Assembly: GCA_047974765.1 (NCBI GenBank)
Contig: JBKECP010000027.1
Span: forward strand, 1 to 64,000
DNA length: 64,000 bases
Direction: 5' to 3'
Origin: Parahaliea sp.
Lineage (GTDB): Bacteria > Pseudomonadota > Gammaproteobacteria > Pseudomonadales > Halieaceae
Each line of letters opens with the position of its first letter. Position 1 is the stretch's first letter. The position numbers and the translations under genes were made by a program. Of this stretch, positions 47,417 to 58,542 are shown in pieces. Under the pieces are notes generated by a model, which was given only the letters and a program-made list of their open reading frames with translations, made no database searches and was not told the DNA's origin.

Positions 47417-47537
47417 CCATCAAATAGTGAAGGATTCATCTATCTGATTGCCAGGTTGATAACAGCTCCTGTACAGCCAGCAAAGTGTTTGACTTGTAAA
47501 CATTCATTGCTGGCTCATTGCTGCTGAATATGAATTG

Positions 47538-48602
47538 TCAGACACGAGGATTTTGGTTGTACTGCAGAATTTTCAGCACACTATTTTCAATAGCCACAGA
47601 AACGGCAATACCCAGTTTGCTGCACCAATTGGTTTTTTCGATATAAGAAACCCGATATACATCCCAGTCTTTCAAATGCTCCTGGATAAAGTCATCGCTG
47701 GTTTTGATCTCATCAAACAGGCCGCGTTCAAGCGCATCGCGCCCGTACCAGGCTTCGCCGGTAGCAACACTTTCAATATCCAGTGAGGGCCGGAAGTGAC
47801 TGATATGATCCTTGAACAGGGTGTGGACCATATTGATCTCTTCGGTAAATTTGGCTCTGCCTTCTTCGGTGTTTTCACCAAGAACGGTGACAGTCCGCTT
47901 GTACTTGCCGGCGGTAAACAGCTCATAATCAACATTATTTTTTTTCAGCAGACGATGCACATTGGGTACCTGAGCAACGACACCAATAGACCCCAACAGG
48001 GCAAAAGGTGCAGCAATAATACGATTGCCGATACAGGCCATCAGATAACCGCCGCTGGCGGCAATATTGTCGACCGAGATAGTCAGCTCAATGCCGGCAT
48101 CGCGCAGGCGTGCAAGCTGGCTGCCTGCCAGGCCATAATTGCTGACCATACCGCCAGGGCTTTCAAGGCGTAACAGAACGGCATCCTTATCGCCTGCCTG
48201 GGAAATAATGGCACTGATCTCTTCACGCAGATTAACAACACCGCTGGCCTTCATATTGCCATCGAAATCAATGGTAAACAGCCGGGGCTTGCGCGACGCC
48301 TCTTCAGTTTGGACCAGCCCCTGTTTGGCCTGCTTTTTGGCCGCCTTGGATTTGGCCTTTTGCGCTTTGCGTTCAGTCTTCTCACGGGCCTTGACCCATT
48401 CAATATCCTCAGCGGTGTCACGAATGGTATCGCCCATGCGCTTGTAGCGTTCGTTCAGGTTCAGCACCTCGATATGACCGTTACCAAAAGATGAGCGATT
48501 GCGTGCATTGACAACAAAGAAAAACAAAAAAACAAGAATAAAAACCAGTAAAAAAGTAATGATTTTGGCTAAAAAAAGTCCGTACTGTGCAAAATAATCC
48601 AA
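47538..48602 (-). CDS. sohB: S49-family periplasmic protease SohB
   Basis: An N-terminal transmembrane anchor and lysine-rich linker are followed by the ClpP/SppA-like catalytic region (..VDNIAASGGYLMACIGNRIIAAP..). Confidence 0.85.
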   Translation of the reverse strand: MDYFAQYGLFLAKIITFLLVFILVFLFFFVVNARNRSSFGNGHIEVLNLNERYKRMGDTIRDTAEDIEWVKAREKTERKAQKAKSKAAKKQAKQGLVQTEEASRKPRLFTIDFDGNMKASGVVNLREEISAIISQAGDKDAVLLRLESPGGMVSNYGLAGSQLARLRDAGIELTISVDNIAASGGYLMACIGNRIIAAPFALLGSIGVVAQVPNVHRLLKKNNVDYELFTAGKYKRTVTVLGENTEEGRAKFTEEINMVHTLFKDHISHFRPSLDIESVATGEAWYGRDALERGLFDEIKTSDDFIQEHLKDWDVYRVSYIEKTNWCSKLGIAVSVAIENSVLKILQYNQNPRV

Positions 48603-48940
48603 AGTAAGTTCTCCGATCGCTTAATAATGTTGTTGGCCGGTTTTGAGCTGGTCGATATAGTGACACATCCGTCAGCAGATCATTGCACTGAAAAACCAGA
48701 TAAATGGCATGAGCAGTATCTGCAGGTGGCTGGGCACTGGCTTGAAACATAATGTAGATTTTCTGACGGGTCGTGTTTTTTGATGGATGGGCCATAATAT
48801 GCGCCCTGTTAAGGTGGGCGCAAGACAATGGACACATTGGCCTGATTTTTGCCCCAAAATTGGTCACGGGCAATATCACGAAGCCCTGTATTGCAGTAGA
48901 ATGCCCCGCCATAACCCACTATAAGGGCTTTCATGGCACT

Positions 48941-50449
48941 ATGAACGAGACAATTACCTCTGCGCTTTGGAAAAATTTTCTGGGCACATCACCAAACTGG
49001 TACAAGCAGGCCATCCTCCTTTTTCTTCTTATCAATCCCGTTTTGCTACTGACTATCGGTGCTTTTGCCACGGGTTGGGTTCTGATTGCCGAGTTTATTT
49101 TTACACTCGCCATGGCTTTGCGTTGTTATCCACTACAACCCGGTGGTTTGCTGGCCATCGAGGCTATTGCCCTGGGTATGGCTTCACCCGAGGCAGTCTA
49201 TAACGAGGCACTGCATAACTTTGAAGTCATCCTGCTGCTGATGTTCATGGTAGCTGGCATCTACTTCATGAAAGAACTGTTGCTGTTTGTATTCACCAAA
49301 ATTTTGCTGCGGGTGCGCTCCAAAGTGATGTTGTCACTACTATTTTGTGGTGTATCGGCTGTTCTGTCAGCATTTCTTGATGCACTCACTGTTACCGCTG
49401 TATTAATCAGTGTTTGCGTCGGTTTTTACTCGGTTTATCACAAAGTGGCCTCCGGTAAACCCTCCACCCACCAGGATGTTCATAACAATGCTGATGACAA
49501 CGCCGTTCAGGATACAGCCCGTGAAGACCTTGAGCAGTTCAGAGCATTTTTGCGCAGCCTGTTGATGCACGGTGCTGTTGGCACTGCGCTCGGCGGTGTT
49601 TGTACGCTGGTGGGTGAGCCTCAAAATCTATTGATTGCACATGTCGCTGGCTGGAGCTTTATCGACTTTCTGAAGATTATGGCACCTGTCACCATGCCGG
49701 TACTGATTATGGGTCTATTAACCTGTGCTGTACTGGAACTGAGCGGCAAATTTGGTTATGGCGCCAAGCTGCCTGATACTGTCCGCGATGTACTGGTGGA
49801 TTTTCAAAACAAGGAAGAAGAGCGCCGCACGACCCGGATGGTTGTCCGTTTGATTGTACAGGCGCTGGTTGCCGTGTTGCTGGTTGTCGGCCTGGCCTTT
49901 CACCTGGCCGCAGTGGGCCTGATTGGCCTGATGGTAATTGTACTGTTAACTGCCTTTAACGGTGTTATAGAAGAACACCAGATTGGCCACGCCTTTGAGG
50001 AAGCACTGCCTTTTACTGCCTTACTGGTGGTGTTTTTTGCCATTGTGGCGGTTATTCATGAGCAGCACCTGTTTACCCCGGTTATCGATGCGGTACTGGC
50101 CATGGACAGCAGCGTCAGGCCATCGATGTTTTTTATCGCCAATGGTGTTTTGTCGATGATCAGTGACAACGTCTTTGTGGCAACGGTTTACATCAATGAA
50201 GTGAAGGCTGCTTTTGATGCCGGCACTATTAGCCGTGCAGAATTTGATCAATTGGCGGTGGCTATCAACGCAGGTACCAATCTGCCCAGTGTGGCCACAC
50301 CCAATGGACAGGCCGCATTCCTGTTCCTGCTGACCTCGGCGCTGGCGCCACTGGTGCGCCTTTCCTATGGCCGTATGGTCGTTATGGCTATTCCTTACAC
50401 AATTGTTATGGGCGGTGTGGGTCTGACCTGTGTCGCACTGTTTATCTGA
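48941..50449 (+). CDS. nhaB: Na+/H+ antiporter NhaB
   Basis: [33 protein letters not shown]...[26 protein letters not shown]... is colinear with E. coli NhaB for 502 aa. The ATG is at 48941 and the ORF-track extension is rejected. Confidence 0.9.
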   Translation: MNETITSALWKNFLGTSPNWYKQAILLFLLINPVLLLTIGAFATGWVLIAEFIFTLAMALRCYPLQPGGLLAIEAIALGMASPEAVYNEALHNFEVILLLMFMVAGIYFMKELLLFVFTKILLRVRSKVMLSLLFCGVSAVLSAFLDALTVTAVLISVCVGFYSVYHKVASGKPSTHQDVHNNADDNAVQDTAREDLEQFRAFLRSLLMHGAVGTALGGVCTLVGEPQNLLIAHVAGWSFIDFLKIMAPVTMPVLIMGLLTCAVLELSGKFGYGAKLPDTVRDVLVDFQNKEEERRTTRMVVRLIVQALVAVLLVVGLAFHLAAVGLIGLMVIVLLTAFNGVIEEHQIGHAFEEALPFTALLVVFFAIVAVIHEQHLFTPVIDAVLAMDSSVRPSMFFIANGVLSMISDNVFVATVYINEVKAAFDAGTISRAEFDQLAVAINAGTNLPSVATPNGQAAFLFLLTSALAPLVRLSYGRMVVMAIPYTIVMGGVGLTCVALFI

Positions 50450-50459
50450 TGCTCTTTAT

Positions 50460-50485
50460 GTCACCCGGCCATAAAACCGGGTGAC
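50460..50485. terminator. Bidirectional terminator hairpin between the convergent nhaB and dnaQ
   Basis: Perfect 9-bp stem GTCACCCGG-CCATAAAA-CCGGGTGAC, directly flanked by both stop codons. Confidence 0.5.
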
Positions 50486-50486
50486 G

Positions 50487-51212
50487 TTACTTTGCCGTAT
50501 ATATTTCCCGCCAAAGCACCTGACCACCACTGCTGGCGGCAATGGCATCCAGCTGTGCTTCATGAGCAGCCAGTTCGTCAGCATCCGGCGCAATAACAGG
50601 CAGTGTGTCACGATCTGCTGACAGACGCCTGATCCGCTCACCCGCAGCACCTCCTGAACTTCCGTGTGCGTCGTGGTCAGACAGTGCCAGTGCTGTTTGA
50701 CCGCCGGTCATAGCAAGATAGACATCTGCCAGGATTTCAGCATCGAGCAAGGCGCCGTGCAGCTCGCGCTGGGAGTTATCAACCGTGTAACGCTGGCACA
50801 ACGCATCCAGAGTATTGCGCTGACCGGGATGCTTGGCTCTGGCCATCAGCAGTGAATCAATAACGCCACAGAGACTGCCCATTGCCGGCATATTGCCAAT
50901 GCGTTTGAGTTCGGCATTGAGAAAGCCGATATCAAAAGGCGCATTGTGAATAATCAGCTCGGCACCCCGCACAAAATCAACAAAGGATTCAGCAATTGTG
51001 GCAAATACCGGCTTGTCGGCCAGAAATTCATTGCTGATGCCATGCACCTCAATCGCGCCCTGGTCCACCTCCCGCTCGGGGTTGATGTACTGATGGTAAT
51101 GCTTGCCTGTCAGGCGGCGGTTGATCAGCTCTACGCAGCCGATCTCAATAATACGATGGCCCTGATTGACTTCCAGACCGGTGGTTTCTGTATCCAGTAC
51201 AACCTGTCTCAT
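50487..51212 (-). CDS. dnaQ: DNA polymerase III epsilon subunit (3'-5' proofreading exonuclease)
   Basis: [13 protein letters not shown]...[13 protein letters not shown]... are the DEDDh exonuclease motifs. Confidence 0.9.
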   Translation of the reverse strand: MRQVVLDTETTGLEVNQGHRIIEIGCVELINRRLTGKHYHQYINPEREVDQGAIEVHGISNEFLADKPVFATIAESFVDFVRGAELIIHNAPFDIGFLNAELKRIGNMPAMGSLCGVIDSLLMARAKHPGQRNTLDALCQRYTVDNSQRELHGALLDAEILADVYLAMTGGQTALALSDHDAHGSSGGAAGERIRRLSADRDTLPVIAPDADELAAHEAQLDAIAASSGGQVLWREIYTAK

Positions 51213-51649
51213 GCAAGCATCTCGTCAATAGCCCGGTTGGCCAGTTGATCGGCCATTTCATTTTCACGGTGACCACTGTGCCCCTTGACCCAGCGCCAGT
51301 CGACCTGGTGACGCTGATTTTCAGTATCCAGTTCGCGCCACAAATCTTCATTTTTAACCGGCTTGCGGGCTGCTGTTTTCCAGCCTTTGAGCTTCCAGTT
51401 GTCCAACCATTTGGTGATGCCATCACGAACATACACCGAGTCTGTTGACAGCGTTACCGCACAGGGTTCTTTTAGTGCGCGCAGAGCTTCGATTGCCGCT
51501 TTCAATTCCATTCGGTTATTGGTGGTATCAGGCTCTGAACCATACAGCTCCCGCTCGGTACCCTGATAGCGCAGAATGACTCCCCATCCACCGGGGCCGG
51601 GGTTGCCGCGACAAGCACCATCGGTAAAAATTTCTACATGCTTGTTCAC
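51209..51649 (-). CDS. rnhA: Ribonuclease HI
   Basis: (V)[22 protein letters not shown]...TTNNRMEL...DSVYV...[19 protein letters not shown]. The start is GTG at 51649, which overlaps the upstream methyltransferase stop by 4 nt. The longer ORF-track extension is rejected. Confidence 0.85.
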   Translation of the reverse strand: MNKHVEIFTDGACRGNPGPGGWGVILRYQGTERELYGSEPDTTNNRMELKAAIEALRALKEPCAVTLSTDSVYVRDGITKWLDNWKLKGWKTAARKPVKNEDLWRELDTENQRHQVDWRWVKGHSGHRENEMADQLANRAIDEMLA

Positions 51650-52443
51650 TGCGAGTGCATATCCCTGTGTTGTATGTGTTGAACTGTATTTTGTGTGGGC
51701 GAATGCCTGGGTGCAGGTACAGGCTCGGGCACGCCCAGTTTGATCAGGCTGGCCCGCCGTGAACGAAGGCCTGGTCTGGCCGCCCCGCAAACCTTTTTAA
51801 TCGCATGAATCAGGTAGACCCCACCTATAGGCAGACGGCGCTGAGTGCACCATTGGTTATAACGCTGAATACGTGCATTCATCCGCTGCCCTCCCCGCAA
51901 AGGCAAAGCATAGTACTGTTTGATGGCCTCTTCCTCCAGGCCCAGCACATTGAGCCAGTCAACCAGACGCCAGGTACTCAGGCTCTGGCGCCGTCGCCAC
52001 AAAGCTGACCCCAACTGTGCCCGCAGTGCCAGCCCCATACCAAACAGACTAAGGGGATTGAAGCCAATAATAAAAAGATGGCCACGAGGTGTCAGTACCC
52101 GGTGCAGCTCCCGCAGCACCTGATGGGGATTGCGACTGAATTCAAGACAGTGATGTGCAATTAATACATCGACACTGTCAGTGGCCAGCGGTAACTGGTC
52201 AGATTCTGCCACCAGCCCCACCTCGCTACCTGCCTGCCCGGCAATATAGATACGGTGGCGCACAGGACTCTTGTCATAAAATGGGTGACAGCGACTGATA
52301 CCCACCTGTGCCAGGTGGTAGCCAAAGGCTGTCTCCAAATCTGCTGCCAGTGCCTCATTAAGTACATTCAGCAGATAGCGGCCTCTGTCACGCTCGTACC
52401 AGGTTTCCAGTTCCGTCCAAATCTCGTTAAACTCTCGCTTCAA
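51646..52443 (-). CDS. Class I SAM-dependent methyltransferase (type-11 domain)
   Basis: ..[35 protein letters not shown].. is a methyltransferase fold. The rnhA/dnaQ/gloB neighbourhood resembles the Pseudomonas-type arrangement. Confidence 0.65.
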   Translation of the reverse strand: MKREFNEIWTELETWYERDRGRYLLNVLNEALAADLETAFGYHLAQVGISRCHPFYDKSPVRHRIYIAGQAGSEVGLVAESDQLPLATDSVDVLIAHHCLEFSRNPHQVLRELHRVLTPRGHLFIIGFNPLSLFGMGLALRAQLGSALWRRRQSLSTWRLVDWLNVLGLEEEAIKQYYALPLRGGQRMNARIQRYNQWCTQRRLPIGGVYLIHAIKKVCGAARPGLRSRRASLIKLGVPEPVPAPRHSPTQNTVQHIQHRDMHSQ

Positions 52444-52652
52444 TATGCGGTCCCAATACAGTATTCAATACTCCCTGGCAGGGAGTAAAACCTGTCTATA
52501 CTACTGTATTTTCAGGTGTTGTGTACTTCAAAGTGCATACTTCAAAAGGGTATACCGCAAACGATTTTATAGATGCCGTCTTATATTGATACCGTAATGG
52601 TATAGACACCGTAATATGGCGGCTGATGATCAGACTAACGCAAGGGTATTCC

Positions 52653-53441
52653 ATGCTTTCAATCTCTCCCCTGCCAGCCTTTAACGACAACTATATCTGG
52701 CTGCTGCACGATGGCACTCATGCTGTTGTTGTTGATCCTGGTGATGCAGCACCAGTCCAGGCAGCGCTGGCAGCTCAGGTACTGCAACTGATCGGCATTG
52801 TAATTACCCACCACCACCCCGATCACACCGGCGGGCTCGCCCAATTGCTGGCGCAGTGGTCTGTGCCAGTATTTGGCCCGGATAATGAGGCTATTGCAGG
52901 TATCAGCCAGGCATTGCGTGATGGCGATAGTATTGAGCTTTTGGGCCATCGCTGTGACGCCATTGCTGTACCAGGTCATACACTGGACCATATGGCTTTT
53001 TTTATACCTTCGGTTGATGAACAGCCTCCCCTGCTGTTCAGTGGTGACACTTTGTTTGCCGGTGGTTGTGGCCGTGTTTTTGAGGGCACTCACGAGCAGA
53101 TGTATCAGGCATTGATGCGTCTGGCCGCGTTACCACCACAAACCCGCATCTTTTGTGCCCATGAATATACGCAGGCAAATCTTGCCTTTGCCCGGGCTGT
53201 TGAGCCAGATAATACCGAGTTGGCAATGCGGGAGCAGGAGATTATTGCCCGGCGCGGACGGCAGGAAGTGACTTTGCCGTCTATGCTGTCTTTGGAGTTG
53301 CAGACCAATCCTTTTTTGCGCTGTAATTCAGCTGCCCTGCAAAAGGCATTGCAGCAGCAGGGTCGTCTTGCAACAGACCCTGAACAGCGCTCGGCAGAGT
53401 CGATCTTTGCCACACTGCGAACATGGAAGGATAATTTCTAG
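52653..53441 (+). CDS. gloB: Hydroxyacylglutathione hydrolase (glyoxalase II)
   Basis: MLSISPLPAFNDNYIWLL...VDPGDAAPV...ITHHHPDHTGG... is the metallo-beta-lactamase fold of GloB. Confidence 0.9.
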   Translation: MLSISPLPAFNDNYIWLLHDGTHAVVVDPGDAAPVQAALAAQVLQLIGIVITHHHPDHTGGLAQLLAQWSVPVFGPDNEAIAGISQALRDGDSIELLGHRCDAIAVPGHTLDHMAFFIPSVDEQPPLLFSGDTLFAGGCGRVFEGTHEQMYQALMRLAALPPQTRIFCAHEYTQANLAFARAVEPDNTELAMREQEIIARRGRQEVTLPSMLSLELQTNPFLRCNSAALQKALQQQGRLATDPEQRSAESIFATLRTWKDNF

Positions 53442-53468
53442 GGAAAGAAAATAATTTCTATAAATTTC

Positions 53469-54854
53469 ATGGATATAAAAAAATTTATTGCAGTCATTTC
53501 TATAATGACGACTTTGACTGGCTGTCAACATTTAAACCCTGTTGAGCAGAGTCCCCCTGAAGCAGTGGCAGCCACAAAAATAGTCGGCGAGGCTCACCAC
53601 ACAGACACAACGGCGCAGACCAGGCTGGTAAAACACAAGTCATCCGCTGCTCAAAAAAGTGCTTCTGAAGCTGCACTGGCGCCGGATAATCTGTGGCAGC
53701 AGTTGCGTAATGACTTTAGCTGGCCGTTACCGGACAGGCCAAGCGTGGCCGCTGCCCGTAAACACTACCTGCGCCAGCCGACGTACCTGGAGGTGATTTC
53801 CGAACGTTCATCTCTTTATTTGTACTACATTGCCGAACGTGTTGCCGCACGGGGTTTGCCTGCTGAAATAGCTCTGCTGCCAATGGTTGAGAGCACCATG
53901 AATCCCTTTGCCCGCTCATCCGGTCACGCTGCCGGGCTATGGCAGATTATGCCCGCCACGGGTCGCCACCTGGGGTTGGCTTCTAATTGGTGGTATGAGG
54001 GCCGTATGGACCTTCGTCAGTCAACTGAGGCTGCACTGGATTATCTGGAGAGCCTGCATGAAATCTTTGACGGTGACTGGCTGCTGGCCCTGGCTGCCTA
54101 TAACAGTGGGCAGGGTCGTGTTCGCCGGGCTGTTCAGAGTAATCTCAAGCGGGGCAAGGCGGCTGATTTCTGGTCTTTATCATTACCGGCTGAAACCCGC
54201 TCTTATGTACCACGGCTGATGGCACTGGCAAGTATTATTGCCACACCAGAAAAATACGGCGCCACTCTGCCACCAGTACCCAACCGCCCCGCCTTTGGCA
54301 TTGCTGATACCGGCGGCCAGATTGATATCAACAGAGCGGCCGGGTTGGCCGGTATTGATGAAGCAACCCTGAGGGCACTTAATCCGGGACAATTGCAATG
54401 GGCAACTGCACCGGGTCAGGCCCAGGAGCTGTTGTTGCCAACAGCCAGCATCGAACACTTTAAGCAGGCACTGTCGCAACTGCCTGCCTCCGAACGGGTT
54501 GCCTGGCAGCGCTACAGGATTCGCCGGGGTGACAGCCTCAATGCCATTGCCCACCGCTTTGATACCGAAGTGGCCGCCATCCGTGAAGCCAATAACCTGA
54601 AAGGTCATCTGATTCGCGCTGGTGATACGCTGTTGATCCCCAGGGGCGGCGGTGCCGGTTATATGTCAGCACTCAACCCTGGCGGCATGGCCAAAAGCCG
54701 GAATTACCGGGTTAAACGCGGTGACTCTCTGTACCGTATTGCCAGCCGATTTCGGGTAACTGTTGAGGATATTATCAGCTGGAATGCACTTAACCCACGC
54801 GATTACATCCGTCCTGGTCAAAAACTGACACTCTATGTAAGAGGCGGTGGTTGA
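53469..54854 (+). CDS. mltD: Membrane-bound lytic murein transglycosylase D (lipoprotein with SLT domain and two LysM repeats)
   Basis: Lipobox LTGC, an SLT catalytic region (..ESTMNPFARSSGHAAGLWQIMP..) and two C-terminal LysM repeats. Confidence 0.85.
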   Translation: MDIKKFIAVISIMTTLTGCQHLNPVEQSPPEAVAATKIVGEAHHTDTTAQTRLVKHKSSAAQKSASEAALAPDNLWQQLRNDFSWPLPDRPSVAAARKHYLRQPTYLEVISERSSLYLYYIAERVAARGLPAEIALLPMVESTMNPFARSSGHAAGLWQIMPATGRHLGLASNWWYEGRMDLRQSTEAALDYLESLHEIFDGDWLLALAAYNSGQGRVRRAVQSNLKRGKAADFWSLSLPAETRSYVPRLMALASIIATPEKYGATLPPVPNRPAFGIADTGGQIDINRAAGLAGIDEATLRALNPGQLQWATAPGQAQELLLPTASIEHFKQALSQLPASERVAWQRYRIRRGDSLNAIAHRFDTEVAAIREANNLKGHLIRAGDTLLIPRGGGAGYMSALNPGGMAKSRNYRVKRGDSLYRIASRFRVTVEDIISWNALNPRDYIRPGQKLTLYVRGGG

Positions 54855-54857
54855 GTT

Positions 54858-55982
54858 TTGCATGCAGATGGCAGCTACACATTTTGCAGCGCAGCAACTG
54901 AGCTGGCACTCAAGCGCTACCCTGCCCGCCCCCGTGAAACACTTAAACCCTGGTGCAGTGCTGACCAGTTGCTGATTGAGGCAGCGGCGACCACAGAGTA
55001 TGAGCGCCTGGTTGTCAATGATGAACACGGGGTGCTGGCACTGGCACTGTCGGCACAATACAGCTGGAGTGATTCCGCTCTCAGCCAGATTGCGTTGCGA
55101 GACAATGCCCGCCGTAACCGTTTGCCTGAAGCCGGTTTTATTTTCAGCACAGCCCCTCCACCACCGACAGGGGTGGTTATTGTGCGAGTACCCAAACAGC
55201 TGGATTATTTCGAGTATCAACTGGCCCGGCTGTCAGTCAGCCAGGCTGGTGGAACATTATTACTGGCAGGTGGTATGGACAAACATCTGTCCCCTCATAC
55301 AGCAGACTTGATTGAGCACTATATTGGCCCGGTTGAGCGCCACCGGGGGCGTCATAAAGCCCGTATTTTCAGTGCCACATTCAGCGGTCAAAAAGCACCG
55401 ATACCGGCAGCCAGCCACTATTACTGCAAAGCACTGGGCGCCACCTTGCAGGCACAGGCCAATGTTTTTGGCAAAGATCGTCTCGACGGCGGCAGTGAGT
55501 TGTTACTGAACCAGTTACGACACCTGCCTCCGGTTGAGCACCTTGTTGACCTGGCCTGCGGCAGTGGTGTGCTGGGCCTGGCTGCTTTAAAGGCCAATTT
55601 ATGCCGGTCACTGTTGTTTTGTGATGAATCAGCCATGGCTCTGGCCTCTGCCTGCGATAATGTGAAAAACCTGGAACCGACACGGTTCAAGCAATGCCAC
55701 TTCCATCTCGGTGACGGCCTCAGGAATTGGCAGGGGCCGATGGCAGAGCTGATTCTTTGCAATCCGCCCTTTCATCTGCAACATACCGTCGATGCGTTTG
55801 TCGGTCGCCGTCTGCTTAAACAGGCAGCACAGCAGCTTAGTCCTGAAGGTCATCTTTGTGTGGTTGCCAACAGCCATCTGCGCTACCAGGATGTTTTAAA
55901 GCGTTATTTCCATAAAACAGACCAGCTGGCCAGAAACAAACGCTTTACGGTCTGGTTGGCTCACAGGCCCATTAATCACTGA
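54858..55982 (+). CDS. rlmG: rRNA (guanine-N2-)-methyltransferase, RlmG/RsmC family
   Basis: The N-terminus aligns to E. coli RlmG (..LALKRYPA...LKPW..AD..LL). The SAM motif is DLACGSGVLG and the catalytic motif is NPPFH. Probable TTG start at 54858. Confidence 0.65.
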   Translation: MHADGSYTFCSAATELALKRYPARPRETLKPWCSADQLLIEAAATTEYERLVVNDEHGVLALALSAQYSWSDSALSQIALRDNARRNRLPEAGFIFSTAPPPPTGVVIVRVPKQLDYFEYQLARLSVSQAGGTLLLAGGMDKHLSPHTADLIEHYIGPVERHRGRHKARIFSATFSGQKAPIPAASHYYCKALGATLQAQANVFGKDRLDGGSELLLNQLRHLPPVEHLVDLACGSGVLGLAALKANLCRSLLFCDESAMALASACDNVKNLEPTRFKQCHFHLGDGLRNWQGPMAELILCNPPFHLQHTVDAFVGRRLLKQAAQQLSPEGHLCVVANSHLRYQDVLKRYFHKTDQLARNKRFTVWLAHRPINH

Positions 55983-56801
55983 CTATTGGCAACCAAAGAT
56001 GCCGCCATCAACCATCAGTTCAGAGCCACTGATAAAGTTGCTGGCACTGGATGCGAGAAAGACAATAGCCGCAGCCACATCAGAAGGAGCACCATAGCTG
56101 CGCAGCGGTGTCATCTGACATTCAAAAGCCTCAGCTTCTTCGCGGCTGCCAAGGCCGTAGCGGGCTATTAGAAGATCCTGCACCTGATCCCCCATGTTGG
56201 TATTGATCAACCCAGGATGAACAGAATTAACCCGCACATGTACCGGACCCAACTCTGAGGCCATGGCCTTGGTCATCAGACGAACCGCACCCTTGGACGT
56301 GCTGTAAGCCGTCATCATGGCAGGCCCTTGCAAACCCGCAAGCGAAGACAGATTGATAATTGATGAGCGTTCTTCAGGTGAGGCGTATTTTTTAAGTAGT
56401 GCAAGACAGTGTTTTGAGCCCAGAAAAACCCCTTCCACATTGACAGCCTGCACCTGGCGAAAACTATCAAGTGTGAGTTCTTCAATAGTGGCGCTGGTCA
56501 AAATACCCGCATTATTGACCAGAATATCAAGACGGCCAAAACGCTCATCAACAGTGGCGGCAACACGCTGCCAGTCCTCTTCCAGGGTGACATCCTGCTG
56601 GATAAACAGTGCATCGATACCTGCCGCTTGCAGTGCAGCCAGTTGCTGTTCGCCAGCGGCCTGATCCCTGTCAGTGAAAACCACAGTAGCACCACACTGA
56701 CCCAGTGCTTCACTGACGGCGGCGCCAATACCCGTAGCAGCACCACTGATCAGTGCCACCTTGCCAGTAAGTTTGAATTGTTGTGGGTAGTTGCTCATCA
56801 T
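55983..56801 (-). CDS. SDR-family oxidoreductase
   Basis: TGKVALISGAATGIG... is the cofactor-binding motif, with the Ser-Tyr-Lys catalytic residues (..YSTSKGAV..). Confidence 0.8.
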   Translation of the reverse strand: MMSNYPQQFKLTGKVALISGAATGIGAAVSEALGQCGATVVFTDRDQAAGEQQLAALQAAGIDALFIQQDVTLEEDWQRVAATVDERFGRLDILVNNAGILTSATIEELTLDSFRQVQAVNVEGVFLGSKHCLALLKKYASPEERSSIINLSSLAGLQGPAMMTAYSTSKGAVRLMTKAMASELGPVHVRVNSVHPGLINTNMGDQVQDLLIARYGLGSREEAEAFECQMTPLRSYGAPSDVAAAIVFLASSASNFISGSELMVDGGIFGCQ

Positions 56802-56989
56802 ATTTCCTCAATTTGATTCACTATTACTGCCGTATTGCTACGGCGGTTCTCAATTAAATATTTGGTAAGCTGGCACATTCATATGCCATCATAAGCCCGA
56901 CAATCCATGTAGCCGGGCTATTATTAATCCGGCAAGCTTTTAGCCGAATGAATAAGCGGCACATGGATGTGCCACCGCAGGCTGCGAGT

Positions 56990-57033
56990 CCTGCGAAAAT
57001 CAAGGGATTTCACAAATCCCGCTGATTTTCAGG
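56990..57033. repeat. REP/MITE-like nested-palindrome intergenic repeat, copy 2
   Basis: CCTGCGAAAATCAAGGGATTTCACAAATCCCGCTGATTTTCAGG is the reverse complement of copy 1 apart from 3 differences. It is preceded by a palindrome GGCACATGGATGTGCC at 56958-56973. Confidence 0.6.
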
Positions 57034-57123
57034 GGCGACAATCAAATTGTGGTAACAGTCCCGGAAAAAATATCACTTTAAAAAAAGGCGACACACTTAA
57101 AACGGCCAGCTTACCTTTTCATT

Positions 57124-58182
57124 TCAAGGCAGAATTACCGCTTTCAGGGTGTCGACCGTGTTAATTTGCGCCTCAAAGGCTTCTTTGGCATCAACCAGTG
57201 CAAAGCGATGTGTGATCAAGGGTTTGCGATCCACCTTGCCATCGGCCATCAAATCAAGCGCCTCCTGCACATCCTCAAGGCCATAGTGCAGCACGCCGCG
57301 CAGGTCGATATTTTTTGACACCACCTGATTAAGATCGACCCTGGGTGTATCTTCATAAAGTGCCACCATCACCAGTCTGCCGGTATGGGGCTTGACGGCT
57401 TCCAGTGCCTGATTCAGCGTCAACTCCAGCCCGGCACACTCCATGACAATATCAATATTGGCACTGCCTTTGGTGTTATAAAGTACAAATTCTTCGCCAC
57501 TGACAGCCTTCATCTCAGCCACAACATCAGTGCTGCGGGCATCAATTGTGTGATGGGCACCAAAAGCCTTTGCCATTGCCAGACGCTTTTCAGAGATATC
57601 ACTGATAAAAATTTCAACTTCCGGATAAAGTGCCCGCAATATCTGCACACAACCCAGACCGATCATGCCAGCACCAATAATCAGCAGGCGTTCACCCGGC
57701 AGGGGCTGAGCCCGGCGAATAGCTGTTAACGAAACAGTCAGGGGCTCAACAGTAGCTGCTTCTTCGTAGGACACATGATCCGGTAATTTAAGTACAGCTG
57801 GAACGCCAAGAATAGCCGTGTCACATTTTGCATATTCAGCATAGGCTCCAAGCGTAAAGCCGGTCACTCTGTCACCCGGGGCGAAATCGACATCAAGACC
57901 ATCAGCAACAGCCTCAACATCACCGGCAAATTCATGACCAAACAATACGCCCTCTTCACCGATGGGAATGCTCATCTCCCTGAAAATTCCGGTTTTATAG
58001 GTGTGTACATCTGTTCCGCAAACACCGACGGCCCTGATTTTGATAATAACGCCGTCACCACCCACCTCAGGTCTTGGCAGGTCAATAATGCGCAGGTCTC
58101 GATTGCCATATAAAACAACACCTTTCATCTTTGTAGGCCCGGCTGTTTCATCCATGGATTTATTTGCTGTCATAGCTGTCAC
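57124..58182 (-). CDS. Zinc-dependent alcohol dehydrogenase of the MDR family (butanediol/threonine/sorbitol-DH-like)
   Basis: ..GVCGTDVH.. catalytic Zn site, ..GHEFAGDV.., and a Rossmann motif ..IIGAGMIGLG.. Confidence 0.8.
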   Translation of the reverse strand: MTAMTANKSMDETAGPTKMKGVVLYGNRDLRIIDLPRPEVGGDGVIIKIRAVGVCGTDVHTYKTGIFREMSIPIGEEGVLFGHEFAGDVEAVADGLDVDFAPGDRVTGFTLGAYAEYAKCDTAILGVPAVLKLPDHVSYEEAATVEPLTVSLTAIRRAQPLPGERLLIIGAGMIGLGCVQILRALYPEVEIFISDISEKRLAMAKAFGAHHTIDARSTDVVAEMKAVSGEEFVLYNTKGSANIDIVMECAGLELTLNQALEAVKPHTGRLVMVALYEDTPRVDLNQVVSKNIDLRGVLHYGLEDVQEALDLMADGKVDRKPLITHRFALVDAKEAFEAQINTVDTLKAVILP

Positions 58183-58200
58183 CTTTGGTTGCTGTCATTA

Positions 58201-58512
58201 TTATTTCTGATCCGGTTCCTGACCGGTTTTTATTAATCCGGAAACATAAATTGTCGGGTTGGCAGCAGCACGCGAATGTGCTGCCGAAACACTGTCATAT
58301 GCGTTGAATTCAGTCACAATCGAGCGAATGGCTATCTGACAACAACCACAACCCGTGCCAATTCGGAGCTGTTGCATAACCTCTTCCGCCGTACTTAGCT
58401 GCTTGCGCAGCATCAGTTTGCGGATGCTGCCCGCTTTCATGTCAAAACAGTGGCAGACAAGAAAAGTATCATCCGGTGGCTTAAACGCATTTATCATGAT
58501 CGTATTTGCCAT
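58201..58512 (-). CDS. BFD-like [2Fe-2S]-binding domain protein
   Basis: CHCFDMKAGSIRKL...GTGCGCC gives a C-x-C...C-x-C-C cysteine pattern typical of bacterioferritin-associated-ferredoxin-like domains. Confidence 0.55.
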   Translation of the reverse strand: MANTIMINAFKPPDDTFLVCHCFDMKAGSIRKLMLRKQLSTAEEVMQQLRIGTGCGCCQIAIRSIVTEFNAYDSVSAAHSRAAANPTIYVSGLIKTGQEPDQK

Positions 58513-58542
58513 TATCTCTATAGTGAGTTCAGTGTAGTGGGT

